Made by a program: the position numbers and the translations under genes. A DNA stretch of 64,000 nucleotides from an uncultured Nitrososphaerota archaeon (lineage in GTDB: Archaea; Thermoproteota; Nitrososphaeria; Nitrososphaerales; Gagatemarchaeaceae). The notes beneath the pieces were generated by a model. That model was given only the letters and a program-made list of their open reading frames with translations, had not been told where the DNA came from and ran no database searches. This document shows, one piece after another, positions 1-10,910 of this stretch. The stretch is taken from contig OY969807.1 in the NCBI GenBank assembly GCA_963703285.1, positions 1-64,000 of the forward strand, written 5' to 3'. The first letter of the stretch is position 1; each line of letters begins with the position of its first letter.

Positions 1-93
1 CCGCCACACCCTCCAGCGATGGCAGGGTAATACTTACTGACCATCCCGGGCGCCCCGATGGCGCTCTTGTCACGGGACGGATGCCCGCGTCGC

Positions 94-489
94 TCACTTG
101 ACGCCGACTTTCTGACCGCTGAGAATCTTGTTCAATCGCTCCGAGAGGTCTGCAATCGTCATCGGCTTCTTGAAGAGCGCTGCCACGTGAACTTCGGGGA
201 ACATCCTTCTGAATTCGTTCTCGTAGACGTCGAAGGCGGTGAAGAAGCACACTTGCGTCTCTCCGTCAAGCCTCCTGAACCGCCTGTACAGCTCGAAGCC
301 GTCTATCCCTGGCATCCGGATGTCAAAGATGGCGAGGTCGTAATCCTTGCTGTCTATCTCGTCGAGAGCCACCAGAGGGTCGTTGTAGACGTCCACATCA
401 AATCCGTGGCGCTCGAGGCCGAGCTTGAGGGCAGAGGTTATGTCGCGCTCGTCGTCAACTATGAGAATCTTCTTACTGTTGTCAGGCAC
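94..489 (-). CDS. Response regulator receiver domain protein (CheY-like)
   Basis: KILIVDDE, DLAIFDIRMPGIDG, FFTA, FKKP receiver motifs. Confidence 0.9.
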   Translation of the reverse strand: MPDNSKKILIVDDERDITSALKLGLERHGFDVDVYNDPLVALDEIDSKDYDLAIFDIRMPGIDGFELYRRFRRLDGETQVCFFTAFDVYENEFRRMFPEVHVAALFKKPMTIADLSERLNKILSGQKVGVK

Positions 490-668
490 TGCGCCACCGA
501 AAAAACATATGTTATATCCAAGCTAAATGTAGTGTGTCCGGTTACCGTCCAACATCGGTCAAAACATGCTGGTGCGCCGATGCTCATCGACGCGAAAATC
601 CAAAATACAACCTGACTTGTATACAATCTTTGGCAAGCAGACTTCATAGATTCGTCGCGCGCACCCGA

Positions 669-1163
669 TCAAAGCCTTTCGAGGACGCTGGCGGGGACGG
701 ACCTCTTCTTCCCGACCTCCCTGACGACCTCCGACCAGATGACGTCCTTTACACCTTCCATCCCTTTCACCGACTCCATCAGGTCGAGCAGCTCGGCGTT
801 GTCTTTGATCACGACCTCCGCCCTGAGGTCTATCGTCTGCTGGCCCACACTCGCGCCCACGCGCACTACGGGTTCTAGGTTCAGCAACTTTTTCGCCAGA
901 GAGAAGGTCCTTCCTCGTTCGGTCGCAATGAGCAGGTCGACACGCCGGAATCCGAGCCCATCGAGCTTGAGGTTGTACTGGAATTCAAGAAAACGCTTCT
1001 CGAGATAGGAACGCCTGCGTTGAACCGTCGTCCTAGGGAGCTCAGTCCTCTTCGACAACTCGTATGTGGTGATCCTGCCGTTAGGAATCAGAAGCACACT
1101 CAGTATCTTCTTGTCTACGGCTGATAGCAGCCGTCCGCCGCCTCCCTTAGTCGTAACGGCCAT
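669..1163 (-). CDS. Lrp/AsnC family transcriptional regulator
   Basis: VDKKILSVL...ELSKRTELPRTTVQRR HTH plus RAM-like C-terminus; start trimmed to ATG at 1163. Confidence 0.75.
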   Translation of the reverse strand: MAVTTKGGGGRLLSAVDKKILSVLLIPNGRITTYELSKRTELPRTTVQRRRSYLEKRFLEFQYNLKLDGLGFRRVDLLIATERGRTFSLAKKLLNLEPVVRVGASVGQQTIDLRAEVVIKDNAELLDLMESVKGMEGVKDVIWSEVVREVGKKRSVPASVLERL

Positions 1164-1327
1164 TTTTTCCGCCTTGGCTTTTAAGGATATTCGCACTATA
1201 TACAGGTTGTGGCACTGGATAGCACCAGATAGCACGAAACATAAATCATATGCACTATGATGCACGAGTCCCAAGGCGAGCAACCCCAGACGTTGTGTAT
1301 CGTCGCGACCGCTGCGTCTATCCTCGT

Positions 1328-2089
1328 CTAGGTTGCCCTTCGTCCTACGAAGATGGTATCCTTGAAGGGAGCCGTGTTGATTCTCCTCCTGAAGGTCCAA
1401 TCCGAATATGCCTCTACGTGCTCGAACCCTACTTCCCCCATCACACGGAGGAAATCTTCGGGGGCGAACAGGCCGAGGCGGTGGATGTCGTTCCTCAGGG
1501 TTATGACCTTGGGCCCGTCCTTTATCAGGTACGTGAACGAGATCTCCCCCACGCCTCGCCTGCGTATCGACGTGCTCAACCTCGCTCCTATCACCCTCCC
1601 GTCGTCGAAAATATCCTCGCCGCGGTAGCCGTCGATGAACCCCTTCTTGGTGAAGTGGGTGTCGAAGGCGACGACCCCTCCAGGCTTGACGTGTTCATGG
1701 AACCCTCGAAGAGTCTTCCTAAGCTCAGACTCCGTGAGGTTGTAGGATATCGTGCTGAACAGGCAGACCACGGCATCGAACTGACCTTCCACAGCTTCGT
1801 CCAAATCCCTCATGTCACCCCTGACGAACCTGGCGCCGTGACTCACCTTCTTCGCCGCGATCCTCAGAACGTCCTCGCTGAGGTCGAGGGCCGTGACCCG
1901 GTACCCCCTCGACACGAACAGTCTCGTGTGGTTTCCTGTCCCGCACCCGACCTCGAGGATTTCTCTTCCCGTAACACCCAGACGATGGAAGAGGCTGACA
2001 AGGAAGTCCACCTCGCGTCCATAGTCCTTGTTCCAGTATATCCTGTCGTAGTACTTCGCCAGCTGCCGGTACAACGCTCGCCGGAACAC
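1328..2089 (-). CDS. Class I SAM-dependent methyltransferase
   Basis: ILEVGCGTG motif I, ALDLS, GDMRD, FDAVVC. Confidence 0.9.
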   Translation of the reverse strand: MFRRALYRQLAKYYDRIYWNKDYGREVDFLVSLFHRLGVTGREILEVGCGTGNHTRLFVSRGYRVTALDLSEDVLRIAAKKVSHGARFVRGDMRDLDEAVEGQFDAVVCLFSTISYNLTESELRKTLRGFHEHVKPGGVVAFDTHFTKKGFIDGYRGEDIFDDGRVIGARLSTSIRRRGVGEISFTYLIKDGPKVITLRNDIHRLGLFAPEDFLRVMGEVGFEHVEAYSDWTFRRRINTAPFKDTIFVGRRAT

Positions 2090-2176
2090 ACTGAGACACC
2101 GTCAATCGTGAGATATAATCCTGCCCGGTCCCCTCACGGGAAGGCCGGTCGATTCGCCGCCGAATCCGCCAAACTC

Positions 2177-2632
2177 TCACTTTCCGAGCAAGAACCTCGA
2201 GACGCAGGCGCCGTACCTGCCCTTCAGCTCCGGGCTCAGATACTTGTAGCTCCTCACCACCCTCCTGCACGCCTGAGAGCCGCAGCTGCACTCCATGATG
2301 AATCCGTCCCAGCCGACGTTCGTCGAGTAGTCGAAAGTGACCTCGGCCCCCGGCTCGATGGCGCTGAGGGCCACCACCCTGGTCCTGCCCAGTATCACGC
2401 AGTTCGGCTCGCACGAGTGGTTGAGGTACCATCCCACGGACCCCTTCTCTGGCAAGACGTACCGGTCGTAGTCCACCTGGAAGGTGTACGGCCAGAACTC
2501 CTCGGGTATGTCCGATATCCACCTCTCCTCACCGGAGTAATCCCAGACGAGCTCGCCGGGCTCTATTCTCGCGACCGCAAACACGCCCCTCCCCTTCGGC
2601 CCGGCGTCCCCCACTCGAAGCTTATCGACCAA
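2177..2632 (-). CDS. SET domain protein-lysine methyltransferase with post-SET zinc motif
   Basis: KGRGVFA, YLNHSCEPN, EVTFDY, CSCGSQACR. Confidence 0.9.
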   Translation of the reverse strand: MVDKLRVGDAGPKGRGVFAVARIEPGELVWDYSGEERWISDIPEEFWPYTFQVDYDRYVLPEKGSVGWYLNHSCEPNCVILGRTRVVALSAIEPGAEVTFDYSTNVGWDGFIMECSCGSQACRRVVRSYKYLSPELKGRYGACVSRFLLGK

Positions 2633-2703
2633 AAGGTTCGGCGGGCCGCGAGCCCGTCTCGTATGTAACGTTTATTAGAGCTGTCTGGATTATCCAGCCG
2701 GCC

Positions 2704-3219
2704 ATGGCATCTACGAGGACGCTTAACGCGATCATCGTGGTTCTGGTAGCGGGAATCCTGATCTCCTCAACCTTCGCTGCCTTCTACCTCTTCCAATACG
2801 ACCAGGCCCAGAGCAACGCGAACACGTACCTTACGGAGCTCAAGAGCGTCCAGCCCACCCAGGAGACAAACATCCTCTTCGACTTCGGCAACGGGACGCT
2901 CCTCTGGACCAACGGCACTGAGGTGCCGACGGGGGCGAACGCCTTCGTGGCCACGGTGATAGCGGCCCACGGCATGGTCAACGCGACGCTCTACCCGCCG
3001 CTGGCCCCGGGGGAGAGCGCCGAGCACTTCGTCACGGGAATAGACAACATGGCGCAGACCCCGCAGCAGTACTGGTTCTTCTGGACCTACAACACCACGG
3101 CCCGATGGCAGGTCGCGCAGGTCGGTCCGGACGACCTGGTCGTCAGCAACGGCTCGATCTTCGCCTGGACCTTCTGCGGCTTCAACCCCGCGACCTACGT
3201 CCCCAACTGTACGCCCTGA
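2704..3219 (+). CDS. Membrane-anchored protein, DUF4430-like
   Basis: N-terminal TM helix; FVTGID...YWFFW...VG pattern. Confidence 0.6.
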   Translation: MASTRTLNAIIVVLVAGILISSTFAAFYLFQYDQAQSNANTYLTELKSVQPTQETNILFDFGNGTLLWTNGTEVPTGANAFVATVIAAHGMVNATLYPPLAPGESAEHFVTGIDNMAQTPQQYWFFWTYNTTARWQVAQVGPDDLVVSNGSIFAWTFCGFNPATYVPNCTP

Positions 3220-3282
3220 TGACCGACAGACGCCGGGACGGCTGCAAAAGGACAAATATCTCGAAATGGCGAAGTAACCGAG

Positions 3283-3897
3283 ATGGTCCTGGAGACTCTC
3301 AGAGACGTTCTTGAGACGGACTACAGGGGACCCAGGGCAGTCTTCACCCAGGTGCACGTCCTCAAGGCGCTGGTGGCGATAGGCAGGGCGGGGTCGGTCG
3401 GGCGAGGGAGGCTGGGCACCTTGACCGGGCTCGGCCAGGGGGAGGTCAGGACGCTGATCAAGAGGCTGAAGGATGCCGGGTTCATCGAGATAGAGCCCAA
3501 CGGGTGCACCCTGAGCAAGAGGGGAGAGAAGGAGTTCGCCAAGATATCGTCAATCCTCCTCTTCTCCGCTGCGGTGGAGGCACAGACCCTCGACCTAGGA
3601 AAGCGGTGCTGGGCCATCGCGGTGGCGGGAGCCGCCCGGAAGGTCCGCTACGGGATAGAGCAGAGAGACGCAGCGATCAAAGAGGGAGCTGACGGGGCGT
3701 TCACGGTGGTCCTCAAGGGCGATCGCTTCACGGTGCCGGGGGAGGGGACGGACTGCGAGAGGGGGGGACCCAGCGAGCCGTGGAAGACGATCCGTAGGGC
3801 CGGTCTCCACGATGGGGACGCGGTGGTGGTCACGGGGTCTCCGTACGACGAGGTCTCCGAGAACGGCGCCCTGGCCGCGGCCATCACGCTGATGTGA
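3283..3897 (+). CDS. Winged-HTH protein (DUF4443/DUF2111-like)
   Basis: GRGRLGTLTGLGQGEVRTLIKRL wHTH; GIEQRDAAIKEGADGA. Confidence 0.7.
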   Translation: MVLETLRDVLETDYRGPRAVFTQVHVLKALVAIGRAGSVGRGRLGTLTGLGQGEVRTLIKRLKDAGFIEIEPNGCTLSKRGEKEFAKISSILLFSAAVEAQTLDLGKRCWAIAVAGAARKVRYGIEQRDAAIKEGADGAFTVVLKGDRFTVPGEGTDCERGGPSEPWKTIRRAGLHDGDAVVVTGSPYDEVSENGALAAAITLM

Positions 3898-3942
3898 GAT
3901 TCATCGTTTAGGTTATATCGCTCCGGAATCGGAGCCGCGAAC

Positions 3943-4452
3943 GTGTACACGACCACCGTCGTCGACGATGAACGCCACTGCCTCGCCGTAATGAAGCAGA
4001 TGGAGGAGGAGTACGAGAAGAAGAACGAGCAGTTCTTCATAGAAGTCCTCAGGAGGGAGCCCAGCCTCGTCCTTCGCGTCCACGCGGTCACGATTCTTGC
4101 GGAGCTGGGGGGCGAGGCCGCAGTGCCGGTTCTCTCTGACGTCGTGCTCCGCGACCCCGACCCTCTCGTGAAGCACGAGGCGGCGTTCACCCTCGGCCAG
4201 ATGGGACTCGCGTCCGGAGTCCCAGCCCTCGAGGAAGCGGTCAGGCACGACAGGGAGCCCATCGTGCGCCACGAGTCAGCCGCAGCGCTGGGGTCGATCG
4301 GGAACCAGTCGGCGAGAGCCACCCTCGAGGCCGCGCTCAAAGACGAGGACGAGCTCGTGAGGAACTCGGCGGCTGCCTCTCTCTTCAACCTCAAGTTCCT
4401 GAGGGAGTATTCCATCGGCGGGACGGCCAGGGACAGGATGCCGAGGCCCTAG
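3943..4452 (+). CDS. HEAT-repeat protein resembling one half of deoxyhypusine hydroxylase
   Basis: LVKHEAAFTLGQMG and EPIVRHESAAALGSIG His-Glu HEAT motifs. Confidence 0.8.
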   Translation: MYTTTVVDDERHCLAVMKQMEEEYEKKNEQFFIEVLRREPSLVLRVHAVTILAELGGEAAVPVLSDVVLRDPDPLVKHEAAFTLGQMGLASGVPALEEAVRHDREPIVRHESAAALGSIGNQSARATLEAALKDEDELVRNSAAASLFNLKFLREYSIGGTARDRMPRP

Positions 4453-4497
4453 GGCCCCAGTCCAAACCTTAAGTGAAGGGCGTGCGCCCAAGGTCCG

Positions 4498-5250
4498 ATG
4501 AGTCTCAGAGGAAAGCGCGCGCTGGTCACCGGATCCAGCCGCGGGATTGGCGCCGCGATGGCGAGGAAGTTCGCGAGAGAGGGCGCCGTCGTGGTGATAA
4601 ACCACCGCAACAGCGAGAGCGAGGCCCAGGAGGTGGCGGGATCGGTGAAGTCGGAGGGGGGGAAGGCTCTGGTCATCCAGGCGGACGTCTCCGAGGCCTC
4701 GAGCGTGGATTCCATGTTCGAGAGGATAAGGGGAGAGTTGGGCGGCCTAGACATACTCGTTAACAACGCCGGAATGGCGGACCCCAAGATTTGGAACTCC
4801 GGATTCGGAGAAATCACCGCCGACATGTGGAAGAAGGTCTTCGCGGTGGACCTCATAGGCACCTTCCTCTGCGCTCAGCGGGCCGCTCCCCTGATGAAGC
4901 CTCACGGCGGTAGGATCCTGAACATCGCGTCGACCCCGGTGCTCACGGGCGATGTCGACGGATTGGTGTACGCCCCGGTGAAGGCGTCGGTGCTGACCCT
5001 CACCAAGATGCTGGCGAGGACCCTCGCGCCAAAGATCAACGTCAACTGCATGATCCTCGGCTCGATAGAGACGGGGTGGGTCGAGTGGCTGACCAAGGAG
5101 CAGAGGCGGGACTACCGGAGGGGCATACCGATGAGGCGGTTCGGCTCGCCTGAGGAGGTTGCGAGCGTCGCGGCGTTCTTCGCAAGCGAAGCCTCGAGCT
5201 TCGTCACGGGCCAGAGCCTCGTCGTCGACGGAGGGGAGGTCATGGATTGA
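4498..5250 (+). CDS. SDR family oxidoreductase (FabG-like)
   Basis: TGSSRGIG, LVNNAG, YAPVK (YxxxK), VVDGG. Confidence 0.9.
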   Translation: MSLRGKRALVTGSSRGIGAAMARKFAREGAVVVINHRNSESEAQEVAGSVKSEGGKALVIQADVSEASSVDSMFERIRGELGGLDILVNNAGMADPKIWNSGFGEITADMWKKVFAVDLIGTFLCAQRAAPLMKPHGGRILNIASTPVLTGDVDGLVYAPVKASVLTLTKMLARTLAPKINVNCMILGSIETGWVEWLTKEQRRDYRRGIPMRRFGSPEEVASVAAFFASEASSFVTGQSLVVDGGEVMD

Positions 5251-5254
5251 CGGT

Positions 5255-5470
5255 TCAGTCGCCAGCGGCCCTGTAGAGGCCGCCGTTCGCGTCGACCTTT
5301 CTCAACGCCTCGTCCATCCTGTCGTCGGGGCGCACCGTCCCCTTCTCCAACACCCTCTCCCAGAGCCGGATGTAGATCTCGAGCGCCTCCTTGATCTCTT
5401 CGGGCTTGTCCTTCTTCGTCCGCCTCAGCTCCTTGACGTACCAGCTTACCACCCTCGATCTCTCGGGCAA
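5255..5470 (-). CDS. Small hypothetical protein
   Basis: 71-aa ORF with host codon usage filling an intergenic gap. Confidence 0.6.
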   Translation of the reverse strand: MPERSRVVSWYVKELRRTKKDKPEEIKEALEIYIRLWERVLEKGTVRPDDRMDEALRKVDANGGLYRAAGD

Positions 5471-5515
5471 ACCTCTCCGTCCGTTATCTCCCGAGCCCTA
5501 TTAAGCCCAGATGTC

Positions 5516-6463
5516 CTAGCCGCGCTTCAGCCTGGCCTGTCTTCCGACCGACGAGACGAGGGTCCGATACCCCATCTTGTTCATCGCCCTCCTCACCTTC
5601 GGCACGCTCACTTCATTCGTGTTGATGAAGACCGACGGGCCTGTCTGCATTGAGAAGTACGCCTGCACGCTGTTCGCCCTGAGCTCCCTGACCTTCGTGA
5701 TCACGTTGATGGTGTCTGCGCTCATGACGATCATCCTGTTCTTGCCGGTCATGGTAACGCTGTGAAGTTCCATCGTGTCTTGCTCCACCAGCTCCCCGAG
5801 GCTGGCAAGGTCCCCGCCCTTGATCGCCTTCTCTACGAGGTCGCATCTCTTGTCCGCCGACTCTATCCTCGCGGCGAAGAAAGGCGAAGTCTCGACCTCC
5901 TCGTGGGCCACCTCTGTCCTCACGGTTGAGGGCAGCGGGACGATGACCGTCCTCAGCGGCAGGTCCCTCTCGTCTGCGAACCTCACCGAGTAGGTGTCCT
6001 CGTCGCCCTTGCCGGCGTAGAGTCTGGAGAACCCCCCGACCATCGTCCTGGAGGCCGAGGCCGCGAACAGACGCGAAACCCTGGAGAGCTCCTTGAGGTC
6101 GGTGGGCCCGCCGATGGCGCGGTTGATGGCGAAGGTCAGCGCGGAGCCGGCGGACGAGGAGAAGCCTAGCCCCTTCCCATCCACAGCGGGCACGTTCTTG
6201 GACTCGAGACGGAGGTCGAGGTCGTCGAACGGCTTGTTCGCCAGCCTCTTGCACACGGGCTGAAGCCTGCGTAAGGCGTCCTCGTTCTCTCGTCCCCCGA
6301 CGAGGAGCCTCGACCTCTCCCCCGTCCTGACGGTCACCTCCGAGAAGAGCGCCGTCGTGTTGACGGAGATGCTGTCGTGGTAGGGTATCCTGAGCTTCCA
6401 GTCCTTGAGTCCGTGGTACTTCACGAGCGCCTGCATGGTGTTGGCTATGACCGTGTAGGTCAT
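5516..6463 (-). CDS. mvaD: GHMP-family (di)phosphomevalonate decarboxylase
   Basis: [36 protein letters not shown]. Confidence 0.85.
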   Translation of the reverse strand: MTYTVIANTMQALVKYHGLKDWKLRIPYHDSISVNTTALFSEVTVRTGERSRLLVGGRENEDALRRLQPVCKRLANKPFDDLDLRLESKNVPAVDGKGLGFSSSAGSALTFAINRAIGGPTDLKELSRVSRLFAASASRTMVGGFSRLYAGKGDEDTYSVRFADERDLPLRTVIVPLPSTVRTEVAHEEVETSPFFAARIESADKRCDLVEKAIKGGDLASLGELVEQDTMELHSVTMTGKNRMIVMSADTINVITKVRELRANSVQAYFSMQTGPSVFINTNEVSVPKVRRAMNKMGYRTLVSSVGRQARLKRG

Positions 6464-6897
6464 CGCAACCGCACCTCGATCCTGAGAAGCCCGCGTCGCG
6501 CAGGGTCCCTCAGAGCTTCCACCATCCTCCTGGGGATGTCCTTCGCGGCGGCGTCCGCCCTTATGGCGAGCGTCCTCGCCGAGACGAACTCGCTCCTCCT
6601 CACGACCATCTCATGAGCATCCGTGAGCGACAGTCCGCTGCTCCCGACCGCCCTCACCAGGAACTCCTCTGGCTCGACCTGGATCGTCAGGAGGACCTCG
6701 CTCCTGTCGTCCATGATGCATTCGCGGACGACCCTGGCGAGATCTGCCGGACCCTTATCCGCCCGGACACCGATGATGCAGTCGCCCCTGGCGGTAAGGT
6801 CAGCGGCCTTGGTCACCTCGATCGTGTTTCTGTGCGCGGACCTCACCATGGGATGGCCGAAGAATTCTACCTCTTCCCTGTGGGTTTGCACTGCCAT
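6460..6897 (-). CDS. DUF371 family protein
   Basis: GHPMVRSAHRNTIEVTK, LTARGDCIIGV, ADAAAKD. Confidence 0.85.
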   Translation of the reverse strand: MAVQTHREEVEFFGHPMVRSAHRNTIEVTKAADLTARGDCIIGVRADKGPADLARVVRECIMDDRSEVLLTIQVEPEEFLVRAVGSSGLSLTDAHEMVVRRSEFVSARTLAIRADAAAKDIPRRMVEALRDPARRGLLRIEVRLR

Positions 6898-6967
6898 CTG
6901 CCCTGTGGACCTCGGTTAATAGTCTTCGACCCGTCTGATCCGTTCGGGCCCGCCATTCGAATTCTCT

Positions 6968-9136
<2,169 letters not shown>

Positions 9137-9465
9137 TCAAACCCCACTTGATTAAACGGCGCCGTTGTCCGGCGATATTTAGGTTTGCACAGTTAAGAAT
9201 CCAGATTCAGTTCATGAACAAAGCGCCGCGCAAAGCTTCGTGTCTTTGGGCCGCGATTTACTCTCTTGATTCCTGCTAGCCTGAGGTCTTGAAATCATCT
9301 TCCCGCGCCGTTTTCCGAATCCCGCGAGGAGCTCGGCTCCGCCGTGGTCTCGCTCCTCTTCTGCACGACCCCGCTCTCGTGGTACTGGCCGTTCGCGATT
9401 GGACCTGTACCCGGAGCGCCGGTGGCCGCTATGCTCTTCAAGTGGATGTTATAGGGCAAGCCGCG

Positions 9466-9942
9466 ATGAAGAACGGAACCCGGATCGACAGGGAGAGGGC
9501 GAAGGAGCTGTTCGGGCAGGTCGAGGAGGCGTCGGCCTTGGCCAGCGGCGCCGAGGTGAGGCAGAAGGTAGTGAAGATACTGAACCAGGTCCCGACGTAC
9601 AACTGGGTTGGCATCTACCTCGTCCGTGGGAGCGACCTCCACCTGAGCGCTTGGGCGGGACCCGCCGCTACCGTCCACACGGTGATACCTGTCGGTAAGG
9701 GTGTCTGCGGCTACGCGGCAAAGTCGGGACGAACCGAGATAGTCTCGGACGTGAGCAAGGACCCGAGATACCTCGAGTGTTTCGCCAAAACCCGGTCGGA
9801 GATAGTCGTACCGATCATCCACGAGGGGAAGGTCGTCGGAGAGATCGACATCGACAGTGATGAGCTCAACGCACACTCGTCCATCGACAGGGAGTTCCTC
9901 GAGGCGGTCGCCTCGAAGATAGCCCGCTACTGCCTCAGCTGA
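9466..9942 (+). CDS. GAF-domain free methionine-R-sulfoxide reductase-like protein
   Basis: NWVGIY, GKGVCG, YLECF, SEIVVP, EIDIDS; start trimmed to ATG 9466. Confidence 0.8.
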   Translation: MKNGTRIDRERAKELFGQVEEASALASGAEVRQKVVKILNQVPTYNWVGIYLVRGSDLHLSAWAGPAATVHTVIPVGKGVCGYAAKSGRTEIVSDVSKDPRYLECFAKTRSEIVVPIIHEGKVVGEIDIDSDELNAHSSIDREFLEAVASKIARYCLS

Positions 9943-10021
9943 CGGCTTCGAGGTCCTGCGGAGCATTATAACTACGGTTATAAGCTCGGCCTTTAAGACC
10001 CGCCAGTCTAGGGGCTCTCAG

Positions 10022-10786
10022 ATGTCAAAGCTCGAAATCCGCGACCTCCACGTTTCCGTGGAAGGCAAGGAGATCCTCAAGGGGGTCAACCTTTCAGTAA
10101 ACCAGGGCGAGGTGCACGCGCTGATGGGCCCCAATGGGTCTGGGAAGAGCACGCTCGCTTTCACCCTGCTCGGCCATTCGAAGTACAAGGTCACCAAGGG
10201 CGACGTCCTCGTCGACGGACAGAGCATCCTCACCCTCCCCCCGGACAAGAGGGCGAAGATCGGGCTCTTCCTCGCCTTCCAGTACCCCGTGACCGTCCCC
10301 GGAGTCACGATGTTCTCCTTCCTCAGGGCTGCCTACAACTCGGTCCACACCGATGAGAAGAACCAGGCGCCGACGCTCTTCGAGTTCCGGGAGGCGATGA
10401 ACGAGAAGATGAAGCTGCTGGGTGTCGACGAATCCTTCATGAACAGATACCTCAACGAGGGATTCTCGGGTGGCGAGAAGAAGAGGGCGGAGATACTCCA
10501 GCTCGCCCTGATGAAACCGAAGTTTGCGATCCTCGACGAGACCGACTCGGGCCTGGACATCGACGCCCTCCGCGTCGTCGCCGAAGGAGTTGGAAAGATA
10601 GCCGGCAACGACCTCGGGGTCCTGATAATAACTCACTACCAGCGGATTCTGAAATACATCAAGCCGACCTTCGTGCACGTCCTCTACGACGGGGTGATAA
10701 CGGCGTCCGGCGGGGAGGAGCTCTCTCTGAAGCTCGAGGAGAAGGGCTACAGCTGGCTGAAGGAGCAGTCGGGGGTCGTCGCCTAA
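10022..10786 (+). CDS. sufC: Fe-S cluster assembly ATPase SufC
   Basis: GPNGSGKST, FSGGEKKR, LDETDSGLDID, ITHYQR. Confidence 0.95.
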   Translation: MSKLEIRDLHVSVEGKEILKGVNLSVNQGEVHALMGPNGSGKSTLAFTLLGHSKYKVTKGDVLVDGQSILTLPPDKRAKIGLFLAFQYPVTVPGVTMFSFLRAAYNSVHTDEKNQAPTLFEFREAMNEKMKLLGVDESFMNRYLNEGFSGGEKKRAEILQLALMKPKFAILDETDSGLDIDALRVVAEGVGKIAGNDLGVLIITHYQRILKYIKPTFVHVLYDGVITASGGEELSLKLEEKGYSWLKEQSGVVA

Positions 10787-10910
10787 TGGGGCTCTGTTGT
10801 CCAAAGGAAAGAGCGAGAGGGATGAGGCATCCCCTAGCCGTTCGACGAACCGACCATCGGCACGTAGGAATGGATAAATACTATAACATAAGTAATAATG
10901 TGAGTACTCA

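Noticed and set aside
1250-2668. Long antisense or alternative-frame ORFs (also 20022..21503, 39974..41086, 59430..60566)
   Set aside because: Expected shadows of high-GC genes; they overlap confident genes and show no recognisable motifs.
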